Shown here in pieces: positions 1 to 9,054 of a DNA stretch of 64,000 nucleotides. The translations under genes were made by a program, and so were the position numbers. Under the pieces are notes generated by a model. It was not told the DNA's origin and made no database searches. It was given only the letters and a program-made list of their open reading frames with translations. The number at the start of each line of letters is the position of its first letter. Position 1 is the first letter of the stretch. Source of the stretch: Candidatus Bathyarchaeia archaeon (GTDB lineage: Archaea; Thermoproteota; Bathyarchaeia; Bathyarchaeales; Bathycorpusculaceae); NCBI GenBank assembly GCA_049521795.1, contig JBEKOM010000007.1, positions 26,233 through 90,232 of the forward strand, given 5' to 3'.

Positions 1-405
1 CCGCTCGTCTCCGCCCACGTAGACGGCGAAGGCCCTGTTAGTGATCTGCATGCACTCGAGGTCGACGAGCTCGTCGACGTACTTGACTATGTCAGAGTAC
101 TCGTCAAGTATGAGTATGACGCTTCTCCAGTCTCCGTTCTTCTTTATGTCCTTAGGGTCGTTGACGACGCGCAAGTCACGCTTCACCAGGCCCGGCAGGT
201 CTTCAACGGTCTCATCCGGCCTGCCGACCATGGGGTTCTGAAGGTAAATTCGCGCCCTTACAGGCGTCGTGTAAATTATGCTCCTCAAGCCGTAGTTGCG
301 CTGGCCCTGCCAAGCGTCCAAAGCAGAATGGGACCCAAGGTTCAGCCCAACGGGCTCCCTGTACCTTCTAACTATCTCCTGCATCTCCTCTCTCTTTATG
401 ACCAT
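1..405 (-). CDS. purP: PurP-family formate-phosphoribosylaminoimidazolecarboxamide ligase (ATP-grasp), 5' part; truncated by the window edge
   Basis: Not in the ORF track. Manual translation from the ATG at 405 gives MVIKREEMQEIVRRYREPVGLNLGSHSALDAWQG...; GSHSAL is the PurP N-terminal signature. Confidence 0.75.
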   Translation of the reverse strand, partial: MVIKREEMQEIVRRYREPVGLNLGSHSALDAWQGQRNYGLRSIIYTTPVRARIYLQNPMVGRPDETVEDLPGLVKRDLRVVNDPKDIKKNGDWRSVILILDEYSDIVKYVDELVDLECMQITNRAFAVYVGGDER

Positions 406-558
406 GAATTTCACCGTTACAGGTAGCAAGTTAGCTGTCAATCACATTTTAAATCTTTTCACAAAAGACTGCAAAACCGTTGAAGGGCATGAAAGAACCG
501 CAAAGTCCGCGTTAAACAGGTTTTTTCTAGAGATTTCTTCTATCTTATTCTTACATAC

Positions 559-792
559 GTGGTTATAAGAGATGAAAACGGCTTAATCATTTGCGGAGAA
601 GGGAGAATGGCCGAGTCTTGCGGCTGGGTTTTCGTTGACAACGTGCCCCTGCTGTACGACAAGACAAGAGTTGCGAGGCAGCTTCAGGTCGAAACCTGGC
701 TAGAGCTTTCGCGGCTCGTGAAAGAGTTGAAGATGCTGGACCTAGAACACAACAAGTTGGGGGCACAGTCAACAGCAGGCTACATCGCCTAG
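559..792 (+). CDS. small hypothetical protein
   Basis: 77 aa ORF between divergent/convergent genes; the real start may be MAESC at 608. Confidence 0.5.
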   Translation: MVIRDENGLIICGEGRMAESCGWVFVDNVPLLYDKTRVARQLQVETWLELSRLVKELKMLDLEHNKLGAQSTAGYIA

Positions 793-1535
793 AGGCCGCA
801 GGACTCTAACACTTTCTCGAAATTCTCTCGGTCCACGTCCTTCTTGTAGTCTCTAAGCGCGCTGATCACGGTCTTCCTGTTTCTATCGCCGAGTCTCTCA
901 GCCACTTCATGCGAGAGCTCGCAGATGAACAAGAACTGGCAGATCGAGGTGACGTTGGACCGCCTTCGGTTCACGCTGGCCGACTCAAAATCAACAATGA
1001 ACGCGCTGTCCTCCGCAGTCACGATCACGTGTTTCGGCGCATGGCTCAGTTCACCATGGTCCAAACCGGCCATGTCCAGCCTCCAACACTGTTCCAACAC
1101 GTCGCGCAGAACCCTCCTTATCCGTGTCCTGCCAACCTTCTCTTCAAGCCAGTTTGGAAGCAATTCACCCTCAACGAACTGCATCACGAGAAAGTCCTTG
1201 GTGACCCCCAAGAGTCTGGGCCCTACGCCCACCACGTTTGCCTCCGTGAGCAGTTCGCCTTCCCGTCGCATACTCGCTCTGTCAGCGTCCGTCCTCCTAA
1301 TTTTCAGCGCCACCTTCTCACCGTCTTTGTGCGCAATGGTTACTAAGCCAACACAGCCCTTGCCCAGCACGTGCACGTTGAGAACCTGCTTCTTCCCCGT
1401 GAACTCTAGGGCGACTATTCCCAGTTTTCTCAGCTCAACCAGACGCTTCCTCAGCTCCGCCTTGGCTACCAAGGGATAGCACACTATCGACGCGTAGGGT
1501 TCTTCGATCAGCCTCTCGGTAGTTACTACTACCAT
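789..1535 (-). CDS. RIO/Bud32-like atypical Ser/Thr protein kinase
   Basis: GKGCVG glycine loop, VALK lysine, DHGELS catalytic loop and VDFE metal motif. Start shortened to MVVVT. Confidence 0.85.
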   Translation of the reverse strand: MVVVTTERLIEEPYASIVCYPLVAKAELRKRLVELRKLGIVALEFTGKKQVLNVHVLGKGCVGLVTIAHKDGEKVALKIRRTDADRASMRREGELLTEANVVGVGPRLLGVTKDFLVMQFVEGELLPNWLEEKVGRTRIRRVLRDVLEQCWRLDMAGLDHGELSHAPKHVIVTAEDSAFIVDFESASVNRRRSNVTSICQFLFICELSHEVAERLGDRNRKTVISALRDYKKDVDRENFEKVLESCGL

Positions 1536-1636
1536 CGCTATCCGTGCCTTTTTCCTTTTCAGCTTCGATTTCGCTTCTCCCAAGTGCGATTTAAGTCTTG
1601 TTTGGTTGCGCGCACGCAAGAAAAGAAAAGAGGGAA

Positions 1637-1939
1637 CTATTTTTTAAGTTCGACAACTAAGAGGTCTAAATCGGTTTTCCCTGTGTTCTCAGCTTCGTGA
1701 GATTGAGCCTTAAGGAAAATTGCCTGACCAGTCTTCAAGTCTAATACATCTGTTTTTCCTGAAGATGTCAGCTTTGCCTTGCCACCTTTGAGAACATATA
1801 CCACATGGTCTGGATGGTTATGCATTATCGCCTTGTCGCCTGGCTTAAACAGGGCTTCAAGTACACGCACACGGTCGTTTTCCATTATGAACTTGTAGAC
1901 GTTTTTGGCCACTTTAATTGGGTCTTGCGCTTTTTCCGT
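1637..1939 (-). CDS. cupin-domain protein
   Basis: ENDRVRVLE...MHNHP...HEAEN cupin motifs. Start uncertain: ACG at 1939 after GGAGGTG, or ATG at 1888. Confidence 0.8.
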   Translation of the reverse strand, partial: TEKAQDPIKVAKNVYKFIMENDRVRVLEALFKPGDKAIMHNHPDHVVYVLKGGKAKLTSSGKTDVLDLKTGQAIFLKAQSHEAENTGKTDLDLLVVELKK

Positions 1940-2058
1940 TATTCCACCTCCAGTTTCCTCATTCCTTCTTACACTCTTTGCTTGCATACTTAAAAATATG
2001 TGACTGTAAGGGCGCGCTTCACCCCGAACCAAACGTTCTAGAAAGCCGTGCTGATTAT

Positions 2059-2697
2059 CTAGCCGTCGAGCTGTGGAATTCGCCGAGCCAGTTCGACCCA
2101 GTTTTCAGCAACGATCTTTCTTATTAGCGGTTTGAGACCAGCAAAAACCTGTGGCGGCATAAGAGTCATCCAACCCTTTGTAATTACAACCCTGTCATCA
2201 AGGCTAAGCAAGGGGAACAGCCACTCAACTAGAGTTGGGAATCTTTCAGGCGGCACTTTTTTTGACATGAGGCCAACAATGGAGGCCTGTTCGCTCTCTG
2301 TTGTTCGTTCTCTCAGGATCGGATACAGATGAGCGTCTTCTTTGTCCAAATGAATTCTCAGATGCGAAGCTAGGACTGCTGTCGCCCTCGCTGTTGTCAG
2401 AGGATCAGGTGCTCTTCGCATTGCTTCCAGCCCACTAACCATGGTGTCAAGCTCACGGTGATCCATGAAGTAAGCCTCCGCCACAAGAGGGGTTACATTG
2501 TCAACAGCGGGAAAAACCGCCGCCTCCTCGCCCCTAGCGTGATAGTCCAAAATCTCGCCCATAATATGAAGTCGATCCAAAACGGCAGTTAGATCCCCGC
2601 CACTACGTGCTATTTTGAAGACTGAATCATCAATCTGGAAAATATCACGACGAAACGCATTATGAATAGAGCGCACTATGTCAATCGGTCCAGACAA
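2059..2697 (-). CDS. hemerythrin/HHE cation-binding domain protein
   Basis: H...HxxxE...H...HxxxE pattern (IHNAFRRD, YHARGEE, DHREL, HLDKED). Confidence 0.85.
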   Translation of the reverse strand: MSGPIDIVRSIHNAFRRDIFQIDDSVFKIARSGGDLTAVLDRLHIMGEILDYHARGEEAAVFPAVDNVTPLVAEAYFMDHRELDTMVSGLEAMRRAPDPLTTARATAVLASHLRIHLDKEDAHLYPILRERTTESEQASIVGLMSKKVPPERFPTLVEWLFPLLSLDDRVVITKGWMTLMPPQVFAGLKPLIRKIVAENWVELARRIPQLDG

Positions 2698-2790
2698 AGA
2701 TTCACACCCACATTTGAAAAGTCACGTCGAGTATAAAGATATGTTGCTGTAGTTCCACAGTCAGAAAAATCGAATTTTTCTTAGTCTCAG

Positions 2791-2890
2791 GTTTGGGGTA
2801 AAGTTTTATCCAACCAACCAACCATTACGGACGACGACGGACGACGACGGGCCAACGACGGACGACGGAAACGATAAACGCACGACGGAG
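2791..2890 (+). repeat. dispersed palindromic site GGGTAAAGTTTTATCC with CAAC and GACG low-complexity arm (copy a)
   Basis: Near-identical cores at 4846, 26181, 39106(rc), 39306, 40124(rc), 41057(rc), 44904 and 46622. Confidence 0.85.
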
Positions 2891-3190
2891 GATGGAAGGG
2901 AGGATGGAACAAAAGTGCTTTTCAACGTTAAGAAATGTATATCTTAAGCTCTTCTTAAGACGTACATTTCACAAACAGGGATGGACGGTGCTCTTACTTC
3001 ATGTGCGAAAGTGTAAGAGAATTGAGTAAAAGGCTTTATGCCACTTGCCAATGAACTTCTGCCGATAGGAATGTGTCGCGCGCGCTTGAAGTCTATCTGG
3101 GATATGACCAAGAAGCACAAGATCAAGCAATGGAGATCAGTGAATGATTTCGCGCGCTAAAATTGCTGAAGCATCTTGCGCGCGCTAAAA

Positions 3191-3307
3191 GTCTACGGAG
3201 AGCAAATAGAGCATTTGAATCCAGAAGAGCTTGCCAATCTAGTCAAGATCTGCGGTTTTCTTATGCAGACCAAAGTCTACCTATTCTGGAAGACCTGCGA
3301 TAGGTAG
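3191..3307 (+). pseudogene. 3' remnant of a proviral ABC-ATPase/GNAT gene
   Basis: Translates VYGEQIEHLNPEELANLVKICGFLMQTKVYLFWKTCDR*; KICGFLMQTKVYLFW is identical to the C-terminus of 50187..51650. Starts right after a GCGCGCGC run. Confidence 0.9.
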
Positions 3308-3348
3308 TTTCCCGACCTCAGATACAACGTGTGCGGTCGCTCTTTGCT

Positions 3349-3522
3349 CTAGTCTATCTCGCCAGACCCCTCACATCTTGGGCAGGTAACTTCTCCAGAA
3401 CCGCCACAACGACTGCATTGCTTTGTGTGGTCACTAAGCAAATCGACCTTCTCACCATATCCGCTGCAGCTCTTGCAGCTGACAGTCCCTTTGCCATCAC
3501 AGCGAGGGCATGTTCTGACCAT
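3349..3522 (-). CDS. 57 aa DnaJ-type zinc-finger protein (4x CxxCxGxG)
   Basis: Manual translation MVRTCPRCDGKGTVSCKSCSGYG...QCSRCGGSGEVTCPRCEGSGEID*; below the ORF-track cutoff. Confidence 0.85.
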   Translation of the reverse strand: MVRTCPRCDGKGTVSCKSCSGYGEKVDLLSDHTKQCSRCGGSGEVTCPRCEGSGEID

Positions 3523-3669
3523 TATCGTTCACCATGTCTACATTGGCATGCAGTATAACTGCATTTATGATTTTCTATATTCCCAAGTATTGAGCTAGAC
3601 ACGTGGAAGAGCAGACATCAACGACCGATAGCGTGCGCGTTAACTTGACCAACTCTCTTTTCGGTAGCG

Positions 3670-4722
3670 CTAGCTGGTCAGTTCCTTGATTTTCTTGAAA
3701 ATGTCTTGAGCATAAATCTTTGTTCCGCAATGATCACATCCAGTTTCATTTCCTTCACTTGGCATATTGACGGGTCCATTACAATGAGGACACCTCAGCG
3801 TTGTCAATACCATTCCTCCTTTCTCCATCAACGATCTAAGTGAAGAGAAATCCAGCACAATCGACTTTTTCTCCTTCTGTAGGATAATCTTGTCTCTAAA
3901 GTCCTTCTTAATAGATGACCCACCATCATATGTGTACTTCACATTGTCCGCATAGACATACACATTATCGGATCCGTTGATGGCAAAATCCTGAATGGAT
4001 TGCAGCGCAAATTCCCTCTCTGGCTTGATAGATTTGACTTCGGATAACTGGAGAGCAAAATCCAGCGCATTTGGCATTGATCCATCCTTCTTCGCAAAAA
4101 ACTCTCTTTTCAAAACAGCAAGCCTCTGATTGGTGAGAACATATATGCATTCGCCAGAATAGAATAGATCGCCCTCGCCCTCATTTGCGGTCTTCACTAT
4201 GTATTCTCCAGCTTTCAAGGCCACTTGGTCTCTCCATGGTGGAGGTGGCGGTCTAATGATCGTGCCGGGCGCACGCGGAGCAAGTCCATTCTCTTGTTTG
4301 TAGGCAGTTTCGAGGCTTTCGGCCAGCCTCTCTTCTGAAAAATCAGCAAAGGAAAGGCGTATTTCGTCAAACTTGCTGGTCTCACTATGAGGCCAGATCC
4401 GTATGAAGTCAGCGTGAATGTCCAATGGGATAATACTCGTTTCTCCAGGACCTAAGTCTGCTGTCCAAGAATTTTCCTTGTTCTTCCAGAACCGCAGATC
4501 TTCCCTCTTGTAGTTAAACTCGTAAATCTTGAGTTTGTAGCCAACTCCTTTGCAGAATTCGTTACAGACTTTCTTGATGGTTCGACTGTATTGTCTGATC
4601 GCTTGGTTTTTCTTCTCGATCTCTTGTACCACTTTCTCTTCTTTTTCTCTTTCAAGCCTCTGCGCGTCTTCTTTGAGATTTCTGAGGCGGTCCCGAAAGC
4701 TCATTTCTTTCACTTCCATCAT
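3670..4722 (-). CDS. hypothetical protein: N-terminal coiled coil, PH-like middle, C-terminal zinc ribbon
   Basis: 350 aa ORF; YVLTNQRL (PH-like), CPHC...CDHC and a PPPPP linker. Confidence 0.7.
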   Translation of the reverse strand: MMEVKEMSFRDRLRNLKEDAQRLEREKEEKVVQEIEKKNQAIRQYSRTIKKVCNEFCKGVGYKLKIYEFNYKREDLRFWKNKENSWTADLGPGETSIIPLDIHADFIRIWPHSETSKFDEIRLSFADFSEERLAESLETAYKQENGLAPRAPGTIIRPPPPPWRDQVALKAGEYIVKTANEGEGDLFYSGECIYVLTNQRLAVLKREFFAKKDGSMPNALDFALQLSEVKSIKPEREFALQSIQDFAINGSDNVYVYADNVKYTYDGGSSIKKDFRDKIILQKEKKSIVLDFSSLRSLMEKGGMVLTTLRCPHCNGPVNMPSEGNETGCDHCGTKIYAQDIFKKIKELTS

Positions 4723-4800
4723 TCACGATATTCGACTGACGACTTATTTATTGTTAATGGAGGAGTTCAAAGCGCAGCGCGCGGTGCGCGCGCGATACCT

Positions 4801-4861
4801 GTCCACCAACCGTCCGTCGTGGTCGTCGTCGTCCGTCGTTGGTTGGGGTAAAGTTTTATCC
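4801..4861 (+). repeat. dispersed palindromic site (copy b), GTC arm on the left side
   Basis: CGTCCGTCGTTGGTTGGGGTAAAGTTTTATCC; the arm is the reverse complement of the right arm of copy a. Confidence 0.85.
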
Positions 4862-4894
4862 TTACTCAGTGCACTTGTCGGGTAGGGATTTCAA

Positions 4895-5590
4895 GTGACC
4901 ATGGAGATTTTTCCGTTTTCTCTTGGGTTTAATGATTGTTACGTTGTCCAGGATCAAGGCGTCATAATGATTGATGCTGGTGTGCCTGGTAAAAAAACTG
5001 ATTTCGTAAGAGCGATGAAGAATATTCGAATGGAACCCCAAGACATCAAGCTAATTGTTATTACGCATGGGCACCCAGACCACATGGGTTCTGCCAAGGA
5101 CATAAAAGAAATCACGGGAGCTAGAATCGCTATGCATCAACTGGACAAGGTGTGCCTCGAAACTGGAACATGGAATACCACGGGACACAGGCTCAAGGGC
5201 ACAGGTTTTTGGAGCTCGATAGCTGCAGGAATATCCAATTCATTTGTCGACCTGCGCCATTCCAAAGTTGCCGCTTGCGACGTAGAAGTCACCATTGATG
5301 ACACAGGTGCGGACTTGGCAAATTATGGAATTCATGGGCAAGTGGTCTACACTCCTGGACACGCCGTAGGGTCACTTAGTGTGCTCTTGGATTCAGGAGA
5401 GGCTTTTGTCGGAGATCTTGCGATGAACAAGCTTCCGTTGAGACACAATCCAGGGCTACCGGTCTTAGCCGACGACATGGAGAAGGTAAGGGAAAGCTGG
5501 AGAAAATTGTTGAAACTCGGTGTTACAACGGTCTACCCTGGACATGGAAAACCCTTCTCAGTGGAAGTCATAGAAAAGGTTTTGAAGTAG
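4895..5590 (+). CDS. MBL-fold metallo-hydrolase
   Basis: THGHPDH, TPGH, GD and PGHG motifs. Confidence 0.92.
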   Translation: MTMEIFPFSLGFNDCYVVQDQGVIMIDAGVPGKKTDFVRAMKNIRMEPQDIKLIVITHGHPDHMGSAKDIKEITGARIAMHQLDKVCLETGTWNTTGHRLKGTGFWSSIAAGISNSFVDLRHSKVAACDVEVTIDDTGADLANYGIHGQVVYTPGHAVGSLSVLLDSGEAFVGDLAMNKLPLRHNPGLPVLADDMEKVRESWRKLLKLGVTTVYPGHGKPFSVEVIEKVLK

Positions 5591-5787
5591 CGCGCGCTTC
5601 GAGGGGTCGTGTGGAATCCAAATCGTATGAAGAATGTTGATGTGCTCTCCGTTTTTGGTCCTGGAAACCCGCTGCCGTTCTTAGGCTCAATATTTCGGGT
5701 CAGTTCTGGCAATTCATAACGTTTTAGTGGCTCTGGCTCAGAAGTGAGTGCAGCGTTCGACGCGTTTGACGAGAGAACCGTGATGGC

Positions 5788-5988
5788 ATGTTAAAAGTCA
5801 AAGTTAGCGGGAATTTCTTGAAGAAGCTTGTGAAGATCAGTTGCATAGTTCAGCTTGCAAACGCGTTCATGGACTATTTTCTGTGGGTGACTGTTGGCTA
5901 CCACGTTCCCTCTTGGACGCTTGCCACTTTAGTCGTCGGGTACAGTGTTCTGTTGTTGTCGTATGATAGACTGATATCCGAGGCTTAG
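5788..5988 (+). CDS. small membrane protein
   Basis: 66 aa with two hydrophobic segments. Confidence 0.45.
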   Translation: MLKVKVSGNFLKKLVKISCIVQLANAFMDYFLWVTVGYHVPSWTLATLVVGYSVLLLSYDRLISEA

Positions 5989-6124
5989 CCTGCGGAGTTT
6001 CCGTCCGATTCTACTGACATGAAACCGCTCCAACTAGCATCTTTTACTAGTGGGCACGTTGCGGTCAGCTTGCCTTTCGTGCATCAAAACTGTTCTTAGG
6101 TGTTCGCGTTGCTGGAGAAGTTCC

Positions 6125-6244
6125 TCACTTAGCTTTAACAACTTCTTTGCTACAGATGGAGCACAAATCGCAGTCCAGTATTTGAATGAGTTCGCAGGGC
6201 TCTAATTCGCGTCCACACCTATCGCAGAAGATCTTTCTAACCAT
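6125..6244 (-). CDS. 39 aa zinc-finger microprotein
   Basis: MVRKIFCDRCGRELEPCELIQILDCDLCSICSKEVVKAK*; CxxCG...DLCxxC. Confidence 0.6.
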   Translation of the reverse strand: MVRKIFCDRCGRELEPCELIQILDCDLCSICSKEVVKAK

Positions 6245-6672
6245 GCATGTCATCAACCCAAACCGTCTGACAGGGACACTGAACAATCTTGGACGCCACG
6301 TTAAAAAGGCATATTCCCAAGCCGCAACATCTGAGTCAACATGGCCTCGTCATGTCTGAGTCAAATAGAAGATTGTTCCATAAGCTATAAGTGATCAAAA
6401 CTGTACTAAGGAATGTAAATGAGGGAAATGGTCTGTCACTTCGATGGGAGAAAGGAGAGAAGGGAGCAGAAATTAATTCTTCCATTTCCCTCATTCACTT
6501 CCGCTACTTCATGCATATCTTGCTTTTAAATTTTTTGTCTGTTTTTTGAATTCTATTCTCAAAAAAATGACAAGAAAGTGCTTTTAGCTCATGGTTTGCC
6601 CGGTTTCTTGTTTGAATTTCTCCTTTTCCATGAAAAATGCGTGTAGGCCATGCTTAAGACGGCCACGTAATC

Positions 6673-7230
6673 CTAACTGAATTCTCGTAGTATCTGCTCA
6701 ACTGTCATTGTCTTCGCGTTGTAGATTTCTTTCAAGTATTTGAGTCCTTGTTCATGGTCTTCCTGGGTGAAGGCTTCGACTCCGTCTTCTGCGACTGTGA
6801 TCTTGTATCCTCTGAAGAAAGCGTCCGCAGCTGTGTGTCTGACACATATGTTCGTGTGCAAGCCTGTGAGGATCACGGTCTTGACTCCTTCTCCGTGGTA
6901 CAAGCCTCTCAGCAGCATGTCTAAGCCAGTTTCGTGGAAGCCGCTGTACGTTCTCTTTTCGACGACATAATCCTTCTTGGTGGGTCTCAGCGCCGGAATC
7001 ACTTCTGCTCCAGCAGTGCCCTTTATAGCGTGTTTTCCCCACTTCGCAACGACCTCCTCATCTAGGGGAAGATGCGCATCGTTGCTATAGATAATTGGCA
7101 CTCCGTGTTTGCGGGCGGCCACGATAAGTCTTCTCAGGTCTGGAATTATGTGCAACGCTCTCTCGCACTTTAAGTCTCCAGTGACGAAGTCGTTGAGCAT
7201 GTCAAGAACTATTACGGTTTTTCTGTCCAA
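6673..7230 (-). CDS. isochorismatase/nicotinamidase-family cysteine hydrolase
   Basis: Catalytic D-K-C triad in LDMLNDF, EKRTYSGF and TNICVRHT. Confidence 0.92.
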   Translation of the reverse strand: MDRKTVIVLDMLNDFVTGDLKCERALHIIPDLRRLIVAARKHGVPIIYSNDAHLPLDEEVVAKWGKHAIKGTAGAEVIPALRPTKKDYVVEKRTYSGFHETGLDMLLRGLYHGEGVKTVILTGLHTNICVRHTAADAFFRGYKITVAEDGVEAFTQEDHEQGLKYLKEIYNAKTMTVEQILREFS

Positions 7231-7290
7231 TAGAATCGTGCTCCTGAAACCATCTGAATGAAAAGGGACGAAAAATAGTTTATGGTAGAC

Positions 7291-8364
7291 TCATCTTGCA
7301 GTCTCCAAACTGTAGAACCCATCAGTGAACTTCTCCGACACGCGTTGCTTCACAAGCACGCTGTCTTCGATTCGGACGCCTCCGAAACCTGGAATGTATA
7401 TGCCCGGTTCGTCCGTTACTACGTTTCCCACGGCTAGCCTGTCCTTGCTGATCGGAGACAACCCTGGGCCTTCGTGAACCTCCAACCCTACTCCGTGACC
7501 CAATCCATGGTTGAAATACTCACCGTAACCTGCATCCTCTATTATCTTGCGGGCCGCTTGATCTACGTCTTTTCCTCGTGCTTTGGCCCTTATTGCCCGA
7601 TAAGCCTCTTCTTCGGCTGCCTTCACGACCTCGTAGAGTTTCTCCTGCTTGTCTGATGGTTCGCCAGCGACGAAGGTCCTTGTCATGTCAGAACAGTAAT
7701 ACTCGTAAATTGCCCCGATGTCAACGACTACCAGATCGCCCTTGCGGATTTTTCTCTCAGCGCAGCCACCGTGAGGGTATGCAGAGCGAATGCCCGAGGC
7801 CACGATCGTGTCAAACGCTGTTCCGTAGCCTCCTTTCTTCCGCATTGCGTACTCGATTTCGGCTGCGACCTCGACCTCAGTCACGTCAGGCTTTATTGTT
7901 TCGTAAGCGGCTTTCATGCCTGCGACGGTTATTTCCCCAGCCTTTCGCATGCGGCTGAGTTCCTCGTTGTCCTTTACCTTACGCAGTCCGCGGACGAGGT
8001 CTCCTTGAGCTTTCAGTCTTGCGTGTCCACGAATGGCTTTTGCTAGGAGACGGTGGAGTTCGTAGCTGAGCGCGTCTGACGCGAGTTTCTTGACTTTCAA
8101 CGCCTTGAGACCTGGGCCGATTTTCTCACCGAGTTTTTGGCCTCGTTTGAGGAGCTCAACCTCGAACCCTTTCGCTTCTGCCTTTGTCTGCTCGTAGTTG
8201 ACGCCGTACACGTAGATCGTGTTTTCCCCTTTCTTCGGAATCACAAGGCACATTGCGCCGGGGGTTCCAGTTAAATACAGCAGATTAGACTCGTCTGCCA
8301 CAAGAAATGCATCAAAATCTTTCTTTTCAAAGGCTAGTTCTTTAAGAGCATCGATCCTCTTCAA
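7291..8364 (-). CDS. Xaa-Pro peptidase (M24 family)
   Basis: [28 protein letters not shown] and RIED metal ligands. Confidence 0.95.
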   Translation of the reverse strand: MKRIDALKELAFEKKDFDAFLVADESNLLYLTGTPGAMCLVIPKKGENTIYVYGVNYEQTKAEAKGFEVELLKRGQKLGEKIGPGLKALKVKKLASDALSYELHRLLAKAIRGHARLKAQGDLVRGLRKVKDNEELSRMRKAGEITVAGMKAAYETIKPDVTEVEVAAEIEYAMRKKGGYGTAFDTIVASGIRSAYPHGGCAERKIRKGDLVVVDIGAIYEYYCSDMTRTFVAGEPSDKQEKLYEVVKAAEEEAYRAIRAKARGKDVDQAARKIIEDAGYGEYFNHGLGHGVGLEVHEGPGLSPISKDRLAVGNVVTDEPGIYIPGFGGVRIEDSVLVKQRVSEKFTDGFYSLETAR

Positions 8365-8427
8365 TGGTGCTCACCGCTATGAAAGAATCTCTTACTACAG
8401 GTTCTTGGCTAAAATGCTTTGCTCTTC

Positions 8428-8718
8428 TCAGCCGCCGCTGACCACCGGCATCAAGATAACGTGATCCCCGTTTTTGAGTTTAGTTTCAACGCCCTTTAGC
8501 TGGTTAAGGAGGAACCCGTTCACAGTGGCCATGAAGTTTGATTTCACGTCTGCGCCGCCAGATTCGTAGACAGCTTTCTTGAAGGGCTCCCCGTATTTTC
8601 CAGACAGCAACCCAAGCAGGTCGGCGATTGACGAGTCGTTTCTCATCTCAATTTCCTCTTGCCTCTTGTCGCCAGTCAGGTTCTTGATGTGTCCGAGGTA
8701 TTCAACCTTGACTTTCAA
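8428..8718 (-). CDS. MoaD/ThiS/SAMP ubiquitin-like protein
   Basis: Beta-grasp pattern ending PVVSGG; TTG start at 8718. Confidence 0.9.
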   Translation of the reverse strand: MKVKVEYLGHIKNLTGDKRQEEIEMRNDSSIADLLGLLSGKYGEPFKKAVYESGGADVKSNFMATVNGFLLNQLKGVETKLKNGDHVILMPVVSGG

Positions 8719-9054
8719 CGCTGGACACCGATCTCTTCTATGCAATCCTAGAGTCAATATCGTTATATATTCGTTTCAGTCGTCGCCTCGCAGAGAGGTC
8801 GTGCGCAAAAGACCGCATTCAAAGACAAGCGACGGCCCCCTCCATCTTCCCAAGCCAAGTTGAACTTCTGACTTGAGAGCCTTCACCATAGGTGGGTAGA
8901 TGAAATGGGAGGGAAACCGCCGAACACAGATATACGAGGAACATCTCAAGATACTTACCGTTAGCTGGGGTTCTTCTTTCGTCCATCAGGAACGTTCATT
9001 TAAACAATTCTTTTATGTTTGCCGAATAGTCTAGTTTCTAGGTGCCTTCGATTG

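Noticed and set aside
8790-9010. cobalamin riboswitch upstream of the mutase
   Set aside because: Only weak pairing potential; the B12-box consensus was not recognised.
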